A DNA stretch of 14,452 bases from IMG/VR virus record IMGVR_UViG_2700989509_000022; one strand, given 5' to 3'. Made by a program: the position numbers and the translations under genes. Positions within the stretch are counted from its first letter, which is position 1. Every line of letters begins with the position of its first letter. Below the pieces are notes generated by a model. The model was given only the letters and a program-made list of their open reading frames with translations, was not told the DNA's origin and did no database searches. Origin of the DNA: a virus (Duplodnaviria > Heunggongvirae > Uroviricota > Caudoviricetes). Shown piece by piece: positions 7,323 through 14,452 of the stretch.

Positions 7323-8151
7323 GGTTTACCCCCTTGCTGACTGGTTTAACCTGCGCCCTGACGTGATTTACGTGACGGGCGAATTTCTGCTCCCACTGAA
7401 TCTGCGTAAACACTTTCCCCTCAGCAGCCCAGTAGTCCCGGAAGGCGGCAAGTTCAGCAGGTGTGAATTCTGTCTCCGGCAAAGCCATCCCCCACAACGC
7501 AGCCCGTCGTCGAAAATCCCGTGACGGATACCAGCTATCGGTCATCGGAAATTTTTCGATGGGTTCGCTCAGGCCATCCAGGAATACAGGAGGTGCAGCC
7601 TGTAACGACAAAACTTTCTGCTCACTGGTCGGAGCACTCTCGCGTGCGTTATGTGTGGGGTTTAGCTCTTTGGGTTCCTTTGGGTTCCGTGATCCGTTTT
7701 TGGGTGTCTTTGATGGAAAATTTGGGTGTCTTTGGTTATTTTCCATGCAGCTAAGAGTTCCGTTTTTGGGTCTGTTTTGTGCTGAAACATAACCATTTTC
7801 GGTACTGTTTTTATTAACAGCACCGATTTTACCCACCTTTAAAGACTCCCGTTTTTGGGTGTATTCAGGCTCGGCAACACTTTCTTCTACACCGATAAGT
7901 CGGTACACCACAATTTGCTTTGTTCTGCCTTTTCTCTCACCGGTATCAACAATTAACCCAATCTCCATCAGGTGTCGTAAGCTGTCCTGCACAGTCTTTT
8001 TGTTCAGTTCCGTTACTTCTGCCAGTGCAGATACAGACGGGTATGCACACAAATCGGCACCGCACATATCAGCAAGCCAGGTCAATACTGACTTACTGGA
8101 TGAACTGCCGGTTTTCACCTTTTTAGCCCATCGTAGTGCATCGATACTCAT
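7111..8151 (-). CDS. Replication initiator, O-like HTH N-terminus with DnaT-like C-terminal region
   Basis: N-terminus MSIDALRWAKK...SVSALAEVTELNKKTVQDSLRHLMEIGLI is a winged-helix/HTH. It sits between the YdaT-like and P-like genes as O does in lambdoid phages. ATG at 8151 with a G-rich RBS; the track extends the ORF to 8226. Confidence 0.65.
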   Translation of the reverse strand: MSIDALRWAKKVKTGSSSSKSVLTWLADMCGADLCAYPSVSALAEVTELNKKTVQDSLRHLMEIGLIVDTGERKGRTKQIVVYRLIGVEESVAEPEYTQKRESLKVGKIGAVNKNSTENGYVSAQNRPKNGTLSCMENNQRHPNFPSKTPKNGSRNPKEPKELNPTHNARESAPTSEQKVLSLQAAPPVFLDGLSEPIEKFPMTDSWYPSRDFRRRAALWGMALPETEFTPAELAAFRDYWAAEGKVFTQIQWEQKFARHVNHVRAQVKPVSKGVNHAAAPGDTASRAVQEIRAAREQWERENGFISDGNGLEAVGTHGGGLFEPLDPEERGRTFEALDCTDWCDD

Positions 8152-8674
8152 ACGACCCCCTGGCAGACATTTGTTTATCTGCAAAGTAATATTGATATTG
8201 CTGACGATACGCATGCTTGAAAGCAATAGCTTTTTCTATAAGCTCGTCAGTCTCACGTTCCACAACAGATGGATCCGCAAAAAGCAGCCCGGACTCCACC
8301 ACATCGCCATATTCTTTGTTTAATCCGGCGATCATGTACGTAATGCTTTTTCCATCACTGATCTCACGATACAGCCTGAAATCACTAATTCGGATAGCCT
8401 CCATAATTGCCGGAATCAGCGCCGTGAATTTTTTCCGCTTATCCCTGGTGTCGATAGCTTTCCAGCGTTCGAATATCTTCACCCGGTTAACGCACAGCGC
8501 CCGTTGATCAACCTCGCCATCATTAAACGTGACGCGTTGAACATCGATGTTCGGACGTTCTTTCAGAGCCCAGAATGCTTCCGTGATTAATATCGTCGCC
8601 TGCTCCTGTGTCATTCCTGGTCGGCATACCCAGGCATCCAGAGCCTCACAAACCTGTTCAGGGGTGATTTTCAT
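8123..8674 (-). CDS. YdaT-like (CII-position) prophage regulatory protein
   Basis: MKITPEQVCEALDAW... and KIFERWKAIDTRDKRKKFTALIPAIMEAI resemble Rac YdaT as I recall it. It occupies the position after the cro-like gene. Confidence 0.5.
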   Translation of the reverse strand: MKITPEQVCEALDAWVCRPGMTQEQATILITEAFWALKERPNIDVQRVTFNDGEVDQRALCVNRVKIFERWKAIDTRDKRKKFTALIPAIMEAIRISDFRLYREISDGKSITYMIAGLNKEYGDVVESGLLFADPSVVERETDELIEKAIAFKHAYRQQYQYYFADKQMSARGSYEYRCTTMG

Positions 8675-8885
8675 TGTTCAACCGCCCCGCCCGCTTTGCC
8701 TTACGATATTCGTCATAAACTTTGGGGTCGTACTGAAGTTCCCCGCCGGATGCCTCTTGCAGGCGCATCGCGCGACCTTCAGGAACCAGTTCCCCCCATT
8801 GAGAAACAGCAGATGGATCAACACCAGCAGCTTTCGCTACTTTGGCTTTCGTCCCATAAAAATTAATTACGTCTGATTTAAACAT
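8658..8885 (-). CDS. DicC/Cro-like HTH regulator (75 aa)
   Basis: MFKSDVINFYGTKAKVAKAAGVDPSAVSQWGELVPEGRAMRLQEASGGELQYDPKVYDEYRK, divergent from the repressor gene. ATG at 8885 with GGAGG 5 nt upstream. Confidence 0.75.
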   Translation of the reverse strand: MFKSDVINFYGTKAKVAKAAGVDPSAVSQWGELVPEGRAMRLQEASGGELQYDPKVYDEYRKAKRAGRLNNENHP

Positions 8886-8962
8886 CACCCCTCCAAAGTT
8901 GAGTTTTCTCAATAGTAATCACTCAAGGAATCTCAAGTCAAGGGTTATTAAGATATCTAAAT
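8886..8962. promoter_or_regulatory. OR-like divergent promoter/operator region between the cro-like and repressor genes
   Basis: Minus-strand TTGACT (8936..8941), 18-nt spacer, TACTAT (8912..8917). Inverted repeat TTGAGTTTTCTCAA at 8899..8912 abuts the -10. The repressor ATG at 8963 has no Shine-Dalgarno, so it may be leaderless like lambda cI from PRM (inference). Confidence 0.55.
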
Positions 8963-9370
8963 ATGAACGAGAAAACTTTAGGTCAACGAATTAGAGAAAG
9001 ACGCAAACAGGTTGGTTTAAGTCAAAACGATTTAAGCAAAGCTGCTGGCGTATCTGGCTCATCAATTTCACTATGGGAAAGCGACCATACAGCCCCGCGC
9101 GGGCAAAATTTGCATCGCCTGGCTGAGGTATTGCAATGTTCACCAACTTGGATACTGTTTGGTGACGAGGATAAAACACCAGATCCACCAGTTGCACTCA
9201 ACAGCGCCTTAGACTTATCGGAAGATGAGTTGGAGATGTTGCGATTGTATCGCGCACTTCCAAAATCAGAGCAGCAAGCACAAATCAGCGAACTCCGTGC
9301 CCGCGTTGAGAATTTTAATCGCCTATTCACCGAGCTACTAGAAGCTCGCAAACGTAACAAACATCAATAA
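8963..9370 (+). CDS. DicA-like XRE-family HTH repressor (135 aa)
   Basis: QRIRERRKQVGLSQNDLSKAAGVSGSSISLWE is an XRE HTH; LQCSPTWILFGDEDK and the C-terminal RARVENFNRLFTELLEARKR match Qin DicA as I recall it. Confidence 0.8.
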   Translation: MNEKTLGQRIRERRKQVGLSQNDLSKAAGVSGSSISLWESDHTAPRGQNLHRLAEVLQCSPTWILFGDEDKTPDPPVALNSALDLSEDELEMLRLYRALPKSEQQAQISELRARVENFNRLFTELLEARKRNKHQ

Positions 9371-9423
9371 CCCCCCTTCACAAATTTTAAAGTCTTACAT
9401 TTCAATGTATTGGCTTTATTTTG

Positions 9424-9484
9424 CATTAAATATTGAGTTTTCTCATCAAAAGCACTTGACCAATATTCATGAGAAAACTAAATT
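9424..9484 (+). promoter_or_regulatory. PL-like promoter with two copies of the operator motif
   Basis: TTGACC (9456..9461), 17-nt spacer, TAAATT (9479..9484). TTGAGTTTTCTCA at 9433..9445 and its reverse complement at 9469..9481 flank or overlap the promoter. Confidence 0.5.
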
Positions 9485-9561
9485 ACGATCCATCAAGACA
9501 CCGCACGGTGTTCTCAGCAAACAGTTCCGCTACCCCGGCGTTAAGGGGAAATGAGGTCAAC

Positions 9562-9714
9562 ATGGATACTATCGATCTTGGCAACAACGAATCTCTGGTG
9601 TACGGCGTGTTCCCCAACCAGGGCGGTACGTTCACCGCGATGACATATACCAAAAGCAAAACGTTTAAAACCGAATCTGGCGCGCGTTGCTGGTTAGCCA
9701 GAAACACTGACTGA
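9562..9714 (+). CDS. Small prophage protein, YdfA-like (50 aa)
   Basis: ATG at 9562 with GAGG 5 nt upstream. It is the first gene after the repressor, as ydfA is after dicA in Qin. Similarity is recalled, not searched. Confidence 0.5.
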   Translation: MDTIDLGNNESLVYGVFPNQGGTFTAMTYTKSKTFKTESGARCWLARNTD

Positions 9715-9750
9715 TGAGGCTGACGATGGAATTTAAAGATTTACCGTCTG

Positions 9751-10668
9751 ATGTACAGAAAACAGCAGCTCATACATTGCATTCTGTGCTGCGAGAAATC
9801 GGGAAAGATATTGCAAGCGAGCCAGCAACAGGAACCGGAAAAAGTCTGCACCGCCTGCGGTCAGAGCGGTGGCGGCAACTGCCCTGATTGTGGCGCGGTG
9901 ATGGGTGACACAACATACCAGGAAATATTCGATGAAGAGAATCAGCCTGAAGTTCAGGAAAATGATCCGGAGGAAATGGAAGGTACTGCACATCAGCACA
10001 AGGAGAACACTGGCGGCAATCAGCATCATGCCAGCGATAGTGAAACTGGCGAGGCGTCAGATCCCTTAATTAAGGCGAACAGTCATCATAATCTCACATC
10101 CACCAGCAGAGCGGGGATTCATCTGATGATCGACCTTGAAACCATGGGAAAAAATCCCGATGCCCCGATTATCTCAATAGGCGCAATATTTTTCGATCCG
10201 CAAACCGGAGATATGGGACCAGAATTTAGCAAGACCATCGATCTGGATACTGCTGGCGGAGTCATTGATCGTGACGTCATTAAATGGTGGCTGAAGCAAT
10301 CACGTGAAGCGCAGTCTGCCATTATGACCGATGAAATCCCGTTAGATGATGCACTACTGCAATTGCGGGAATTTATCGACGAAAACTCCGGTGAATTTTT
10401 TGTTCAGGTCTGGGGTAATGGGGCCAACTTCGACAACGTGATTTTACGCCGTTCATACGAACGACAGGGTATCCCCTGCCCGTGGCGCTACAGCAACGAT
10501 CGCGATGTACGCACAATCGTTGAGCTGGGGAAAGCCATAGACTTCGATGCCAGAACTGCTATCCCATTCGAAGGTGAGCACCATAATGCACTTGATGACG
10601 CTCGTTACCAGGCAAAATACGTTTCAGCTATCTGGCAAAAACTGATCCCGAGTCAGGCTGATTTTTAA
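9751..10668 (+). CDS. DEDDh 3'-5' exonuclease-domain protein with Cys-rich/acidic N-terminal region; start uncertain
   Basis: Exo motifs MIDLET (D-x-E), WGNGANFD and HHNALDDA (H-x4-D). Possible starts: 9751 (no SD; CxxCC...CxxC...CxxC zinc-ribbon-like), 10126 (MIDLETMG with GGGGA upstream), or a frameshifted fusion with the 54-codon ORF at 9726..9887, which has a good RBS. Confidence 0.7.
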   Translation: MYRKQQLIHCILCCEKSGKILQASQQQEPEKVCTACGQSGGGNCPDCGAVMGDTTYQEIFDEENQPEVQENDPEEMEGTAHQHKENTGGNQHHASDSETGEASDPLIKANSHHNLTSTSRAGIHLMIDLETMGKNPDAPIISIGAIFFDPQTGDMGPEFSKTIDLDTAGGVIDRDVIKWWLKQSREAQSAIMTDEIPLDDALLQLREFIDENSGEFFVQVWGNGANFDNVILRRSYERQGIPCPWRYSNDRDVRTIVELGKAIDFDARTAIPFEGEHHNALDDARYQAKYVSAIWQKLIPSQADF

Positions 10669-10683
10669 TGTTCAACCCTAATT

Positions 10684-10709
10684 GCCGCTAACCGTATATA
10701 GTTAGCGGC
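10684..10709. repeat. Perfect 9-bp inverted repeat with 8-nt AT-rich loop (GCCGCTAAC-CGTATATA-GTTAGCGGC)
   Basis: Read directly; lies between the exonuclease stop and the xis start. No U-tract follows. Confidence 0.6.
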
Positions 10710-10720
10710 GGTTATGAGAT

Positions 10721-10930
10721 ATGGCTATGAGCAGCTTATTTTTAACCGAAGATGAATTGCTAATATTAACAGGCTGCAAATATGCAAGCCACCAGCGAAA
10801 ATGGTTAATGGAAAACGGGCTTCCGTTCTATACCAATCGTAGTGGCAAACCGATTGTCAGCCGGGATCTATTTACCTGCAATAAAACTTTACCACCACGC
10901 GAGGTAGAGCCGAATTTTGGTGCAATCTGA
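10721..10930 (+). CDS. xis: Excisionase-like protein (69 aa, DUF4224-like)
   Basis: Small ORF immediately upstream of int; its TGA overlaps the int ATG (TGATG). LTEDELLILTGCKYASHQRKWLMENGLPFY resembles lambdoid Xis-position proteins (recalled). Confidence 0.65.
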   Translation: MAMSSLFLTEDELLILTGCKYASHQRKWLMENGLPFYTNRSGKPIVSRDLFTCNKTLPPREVEPNFGAI

Positions 10931-11955
10931 TGGGAAGACGAAGGAAAAATCCTGAACACGAAAAATTACCTCCAAATGTATACCCAAATAAATATAGTTA
11001 TGTATGGAAACCAACATCCAGAGAATCTGTAACACTAACCGCCATCAAGGATGGTTTAGCTGCTTTATGGAAAAAGTATGAGGAAACTGTAAATAATCAC
11101 GATCGTGCAATGACATTCGGTCGCTTGTGGGAAAAATTCCTCGCCAGCGCCTATTACAGTGACCTTAGTCCAAGAACACAAAAAGATTATCTGCAACATC
11201 AAAAAAAGTTGCTTGCCGTATTCGGTAAGGTACCAGCGGATGCCATAAAACCAGAACACATCCGTCGATACATGGACAAAAGAGGGGAGCAGAGTAAAAC
11301 GCAAGCCAACCATGAAAAAAGCAGTATGTCCCGCGTTTACAGTTGGGGGTATGAGCGAGGTTACGTGAAGGGTAACCCATGTGCAGGTGTAAGTAAATTC
11401 AAGGCCAAAAACCGCGAACGATATGTAACCGACAAAGAATACCAGGCAGTATTAAGCGTTGCACCTCTTCCTGTTTTTATCGCAATGGAAATTGCCTATC
11501 TGTGTGCAGCGAGGGTTTCCGATGTGTTATCACTGAAATGGGAGCAGATTGGAAACGACGGGATCTTTATCCAGCAAGGGAAAACAGGGAAAAAACAGAT
11601 AAAAGCATGGAGTCCACGATTACAGGCGGCGATCGAAAAAGCAAAACAGTTACCAGCATCCGTCTATGTAATCAGCAATCAATATGGCAACCGATATATG
11701 TACAAAGGCTTTAACGAAATGTGGGTAGAAGCAAGAAATCGCGCAGGCAAAATTTCAGGTATTTTAACCGACTTCACCTTTCATGATCTGAAGGCGAAAG
11801 GAATTTCAGACTATGAAGGAAGCAGCCGGGATAAGCAACTTTTCTCTGGTCACAAAACCGAGGGGCAAGTGCTAATCTATGACAGGAAGGTTAAAGTTTC
11901 ACCAACACTTGATGTCCCGTTACCTGAAAATATTCCAAGAAAATATTCCAAGTAA
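10930..11955 (+). CDS. int: Tyrosine-recombinase phage integrase
   Basis: 341-aa ORF with C-terminal catalytic region (...FHDLKAKGISDY...SGHKTEGQVLIYDRK...), ending 52 bp from the 3' end of tRNA-Ser. Confidence 0.9.
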   Translation: MGRRRKNPEHEKLPPNVYPNKYSYVWKPTSRESVTLTAIKDGLAALWKKYEETVNNHDRAMTFGRLWEKFLASAYYSDLSPRTQKDYLQHQKKLLAVFGKVPADAIKPEHIRRYMDKRGEQSKTQANHEKSSMSRVYSWGYERGYVKGNPCAGVSKFKAKNRERYVTDKEYQAVLSVAPLPVFIAMEIAYLCAARVSDVLSLKWEQIGNDGIFIQQGKTGKKQIKAWSPRLQAAIEKAKQLPASVYVISNQYGNRYMYKGFNEMWVEARNRAGKISGILTDFTFHDLKAKGISDYEGSSRDKQLFSGHKTEGQVLIYDRKVKVSPTLDVPLPENIPRKYSK

Positions 11956-12007
11956 TTCCAAGTGTGATTTTTGTCACTGACTTAATGATGTGTAAGTGAT
12001 TGAATTT

Positions 12008-12097
12008 TGGCGGAGAGAGGGGGATTTGAACCCCCGGTGGAGTTGCCCCCACTCCGGTTTTCGAGACCGGTCCGTTCAGCCGCTCCGGCATCTCTCC
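12008..12097 (-). tRNA. serU: tRNA-Ser (anticodon CGA)
   Basis: Reverse complement reads GGAGAGATGCCGGAGCGGCTGAACGGACCGGTCTCGAAAACC...GGTTCAAATCCCCCTCTCTCCGCCA: type II tRNA with long variable arm, anticodon loop CUCGAAA, encoded CCA. The serU-mtfA-asnT context fits E. coli. Confidence 0.93.
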
Positions 12098-12190
12098 GTT
12101 CAGATGGTTGCCATGATGCCAGGAAATTTGGCATTTTAACAGTCCCTGTCCGTGCAATTTTGTTCAAGTGACGAGTTTGCGAGCAAAACG

Positions 12191-12988
12191 ATGATTAAGT
12201 GGCCCTGGAAAGTACAAGAATCAGCACATCAAACTGCCCTTCCCTGGCAGGAAGCACTATCGATCCCCCTTTTAACGGGTCTGACGGAACAGGAACAAAG
12301 CAAATTAGTCACTCTTGCCGAACGTTTTTTACAGCAAAAGCGGCTTGTTCCTTTACAGGGCTTTGAACTGGATTCATTAAGAAGCTGCCGGATAGCACTT
12401 CTATTTTGCCTACCCGTTCTGGAGTTAGGACTGGAATGGCTGGATGGTTTTCATGAAGTCTTAATTTATCCTGCGCCATTTGTGGTCGATGATGAATGGG
12501 AAGACGATATCGGTCTGGTGCATAACCAACGTATTGTTCAGTCAGGTCAGAGCTGGCAGCAAGGGCCTATCGTTTTGAACTGGTTGGATATACAAGATTC
12601 TTTTGATGCTTCTGGTTTTAACCTGATTATTCATGAAGTCGCTCATAAGCTGGACACCCGTAACGGCGATCGCGCCAGCGGAGTTCCCTTTATTCCGTTG
12701 CGTGAGGTTGCTGGCTGGGAACACGATCTTCATGCTGCAATGAACAACATTCAGGAAGAAATCGAATTGGTTGGCGAGAATGCGGCGAGCATTGATGCTT
12801 ATGCTGCCAGTGATCCTGCTGAATGTTTTGCCGTACTTTCTGAATATTTCTTTAGCGCCCCAGAACTTTTTGCTCCTCGTTTCCCTTCATTGTGGCAACG
12901 TTTCTGCCAATTTTATCAACAAGATCCTTTGCAGAGACTGCATCGCACTAATGATACAGACTCGTTTTCGGCGACGAATGTTCATTAA
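12191..12988 (+). CDS. mtfA: MtfA (Mlc titration factor A), zinc-dependent peptidase
   Basis: [22 protein letters not shown]... with HEVAHKLD (HEXXH) motif, 265 aa, located between tRNA-Ser and tRNA-Asn as in E. coli. The track ORF starts 13 codons upstream at 12152. Confidence 0.9.
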   Translation: MIKWPWKVQESAHQTALPWQEALSIPLLTGLTEQEQSKLVTLAERFLQQKRLVPLQGFELDSLRSCRIALLFCLPVLELGLEWLDGFHEVLIYPAPFVVDDEWEDDIGLVHNQRIVQSGQSWQQGPIVLNWLDIQDSFDASGFNLIIHEVAHKLDTRNGDRASGVPFIPLREVAGWEHDLHAAMNNIQEEIELVGENAASIDAYAASDPAECFAVLSEYFFSAPELFAPRFPSLWQRFCQFYQQDPLQRLHRTNDTDSFSATNVH

Positions 12989-13041
12989 TTAACAACTTTG
13001 CAGATTAATTAACCAATTGAAATGACTTATGAAATTTAGTG

Positions 13042-13070
13042 TTGACAGACAAGGTACCGCTAAGTAATAT
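13042..13070 (+). promoter_or_regulatory. tRNA-Asn promoter (sigma70 consensus-like)
   Basis: TTGACA (13042..13047), 17-nt spacer, TAATAT (13065..13070), followed by GC-rich discriminator GCGCCCC; the tRNA starts at 13089. Confidence 0.7.
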
Positions 13071-13088
13071 GCGCCCCGTTCACACGAT

Positions 13089-13164
13089 TCCTCTGTAGTT
13101 CAGTCGGTAGAACGGCGGACTGTTAATCCGTATGTCACTGGTTCGAGTCCAGTCAGAGGAGCCA
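13089..13164 (+). tRNA. asnT: tRNA-Asn (anticodon GUU)
   Basis: TCCTCTGTAGTTCAGTCGGTAGAACGGCGGACTGTTAATCCGTATGTCACTGGTTCGAGTCCAGTCAGAGGAGCCA, 76 nt, anticodon loop CUGUUAA. Locus identity is inferred from the mtfA neighbour. Confidence 0.93.
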
Positions 13165-13253
13165 AATTCTAAAAATTCGCTTTTTTAGCGCAATGTCACT
13201 GACCTTAGTTGAACATTGTTTTTTAACGGATAGCGGGTTTTTAACATCTTAAG

Positions 13254-13288
13254 CGCCCTCGACCTTTATGGTTGAGGGCGTTTTGCTA
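13254..13288 (+). terminator. Rho-independent terminator downstream of tRNA-Asn
   Basis: CGCCCTCGACC-TTTAT-GGTTGAGGGCG stem-loop followed by TTTTGCT. Confidence 0.65.
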
Positions 13289-13535
13289 TGAACGCCATCA
13301 CCATTTTCCCCTCGATTATAAAACTTGAGTTATTCAGTAGTCTCCCCTCTTGCAACTCACCCCCAAAACTGCCTAACGAAAAGTTATTAATTTTCAATCA
13401 TATTGCTATCAGGATTTACATTTTTTCGCTGTGCTAGAAAGGGGTAAGCGTACAGCCTGAACCGTCTGGTCAGAATCTGACGAATTAGACAAAGTGGTGT
13501 CCACCAAATAAGTAGTGGGAACCAAAGTATCAGAT

Positions 13536-13916
13536 ATGCAGAAAAATGTGACTCCCGGCAGGCGAAAAGGCTGCCCTAATTATCCTCCCGAATTTAAACA
13601 GCAGCTCGTTGCTGCCTCCTGTGAACCCGGGATATCCATCTCAAAACTTGCTCTTGAAAATGGCATTAACGCCAATCTGTTGTTCAAATGGCGACAACAA
13701 TGGCGCGAGGGAAAGCTGCTATTACCTTCTTCAGAGAGCCCCCAGCTACTTCCTGTGACTCTCGATGCAGCTGCCGAACAGCCAGAATCGCTCGCAGAGG
13801 ACCCGGAAACCCTCAGTATCAGCTGTGAGGTAACGTTCCGGCACGGGACGCTCCGCTTCAATGGCAATGTCAGCGAAAAGCTCCTGACTCTGCTGATACA
13901 GGAACTGAAGCGATGA
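13536..13916 (+). CDS. tnpA: IS66-family accessory protein TnpA (orfA)
   Basis: MQKNVTPGRRKGCPNYPPEFKQQLVAAS... is typical of IS66 orfA (recalled). The track ORF begins at GTG 13515; ATG at 13536 preferred. Confidence 0.8.
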   Translation: MQKNVTPGRRKGCPNYPPEFKQQLVAASCEPGISISKLALENGINANLLFKWRQQWREGKLLLPSSESPQLLPVTLDAAAEQPESLAEDPETLSISCEVTFRHGTLRFNGNVSEKLLTLLIQELKR

Positions 13917-14260
13917 TCCCGTTACCTTCCGGGACCAAAATTTGGCTGGTTGCCGGTATCACCGATATGAGAAATGGCTTCAACGGCCTGGCTGCGAAAG
14001 TACAGACGGCGCTGAAAGACGATCCCATGTCCGGCCATGTTTTCATTTTCCGGGGCCGCAGCGGCAGTCAGGTTAAACTGCTGTGGTCCACCGGTGACGG
14101 GCTGTGCCTCCTGACCAAACGGCTGGAGCGTGGGCGCTTCGCCTGGCCGTCAGCCCGTGATGGCAAAGTGTTCCTTACGCAGGCGCAGCTGGCGATGCTG
14201 CTGGAAGGTATCGACTGGCGACAGCCTAAGCGGCTGCTGACCTCCCTGACCATGCTGTAA
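13913..14260 (+). CDS. tnpB: IS66-family Orf2 (TnpB)
   Basis: MIPLPSGTKIWLVAGITDMRNGFNGLAAKVQ...; start overlaps the tnpA stop (ATGA). Confidence 0.85.
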   Translation: MIPLPSGTKIWLVAGITDMRNGFNGLAAKVQTALKDDPMSGHVFIFRGRSGSQVKLLWSTGDGLCLLTKRLERGRFAWPSARDGKVFLTQAQLAMLLEGIDWRQPKRLLTSLTML

Positions 14261-14309
14261 ATCTCTTTATCCTGGTTGTCACAGAATAAGCCCGGTAAAA
14301 TACGGGCTT

Positions 14310-14452
14310 ATGAACGACATCTCTTCTGACGACATCTTCCTGCTGAAACAGCGCCTGGCCGAACAGGAAGCGCTGATCCACGCCCTGCAGGAAAAGCTGA
14401 GCAACCGGGAGCGCGAAATAGACCATCTGCAGGCGCAGCTGGATAAACTCCG
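14310..14452 (+). CDS. tnpC: IS66-family transposase TnpC, N-terminal fragment (truncated by window end)
   Basis: ORF open to the window end: MNDISSDDIFLLKQRLAEQEALIHALQEKLSNREREIDHLQAQLDKL, the coiled-coil N-terminus typical of IS66 transposases. Confidence 0.75.
   Translation, partial: MNDISSDDIFLLKQRLAEQEALIHALQEKLSNREREIDHLQAQLDKL

Larger units (their letters stand above)
1..12007. mobile_element. Partial lambdoid (Qin/Rac-like) prophage; right end abuts the 3' end of tRNA-Ser, left end lies outside the window
   Basis: Gene order int-xis next to the tRNA 3' end, repressor/cro-like divergent pair, O-like and P-like replication genes, Ren-like gene, hok and a Rem-like gene. Integrase adjacent to a tRNA 3' end is the classic integration arrangement (established knowledge). 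Confidence 0.75.
13444..14452 (+). mobile_element. IS66-family insertion sequence, left part (continues past window end)
   Basis: GTAAGCG-type terminus at 13444, followed by the three-ORF IS66 arrangement: small TnpA, IS66 Orf2/TnpB overlapping by ATGA, and the start of the large transposase. Confidence 0.8.

Noticed and set aside
6338-8323. Multiple plus-strand ORFs (6338..6538, 6418..6888, 6575..6784, 6791..7201, 6885..7235, 6946..7188, 7321..7524, 7463..7792, 7521..7754, 7859..8323, 7920..8126)
   Set aside because: All are antisense to the Ren-like, P-like and O-like genes, which have RBSs and family resemblance; their translations are Pro/Arg/Ser-rich.
8217-9360. ORFs antisense to the YdaT-like, DicC-like and DicA-like genes (8217..8507, 8547..8876, 8991..9197, 9022..9360)
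   Set aside because: They oppose genes with clear HTH motifs and proper starts; no RBS and no recognisable domains.
9469-10322. Track ORF 9469..9714 as an 81-aa protein, and minus-strand ORFs 9483..9707, 9733..10029, 9770..9991, 10119..10322
   Set aside because: The 81-aa ORF starts inside the PL operator; the internal ATG at 9562 with an RBS is the likely real start. The minus-strand ORFs are antisense to the exonuclease gene.
11065-12167. Minus-strand ORFs inside int (11065..11313, 11165..11380) and ORFs 11891..12157 and 11982..12167 over the tRNA-Ser
   Set aside because: They are antisense to the integrase or coincide with the tRNA gene; the latter two translate the tRNA sequence itself.
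12542-12992. ORFs 12542..12733 (minus) and 12771..12992 (plus) within mtfA
   Set aside because: They overlap the well-supported mtfA frame; shadow ORFs.
13181-13196. Short CGCT-TTTTT-AGCG hairpin just after tRNA-Asn as a terminator
   Set aside because: The stem is only 4 bp; the stronger hairpin with a U-tract at 13254..13288 is the better terminator candidate.
13580-14426. Minus-strand ORFs 13580..13867, 14068..14253 and 14226..14426 inside the IS66 element
   Set aside because: Antisense to the IS66 tnpA, tnpB and tnpC frames.
1-14452. CRISPR array, retron, or restriction-modification system
   Set aside because: No spaced direct-repeat array anywhere in the window, no reverse transcriptase-like ORF, and no methyltransferase motifs; the ATPase/HNH pair lacks an adjacent methylase.

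Overview
Enterobacterial (E. coli-like) chromosome at the serU-mtfA-asnT locus, carrying the integrase-proximal part of a lambdoid (Qin/Rac-like) prophage inserted beside tRNA-Ser, and the left end of an IS66-family element just downstream of tRNA-Asn. The prophage reads, right to left: int, xis, a DEDDh exonuclease-domain protein, a YdfA-like small protein, a DicA-like repressor, then divergently a DicC/Cro-like protein, a YdaT-like protein, O-like and P-like replication proteins, a frameshifted Ren-like gene, and further left a Hok toxin, a Rem-like protein and a Cys/His-rich late-region protein. Between ren and hok lies about 4.5 kb of cargo (approx. 1.8-6.35 kb), with the three large genes visibly AT-rich. 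It holds an overlapping ABC-type ATPase plus HNH nuclease pair with the architecture of a Septu (PtuA/PtuB) anti-phage system, a decayed tyrosine recombinase, and an unrecognised 280-aa protein with a perfect ribosome-binding site. That island is the most likely place for an undescribed function. All calls come from reading the sequence and recalled family motifs; no searches or computations were run.
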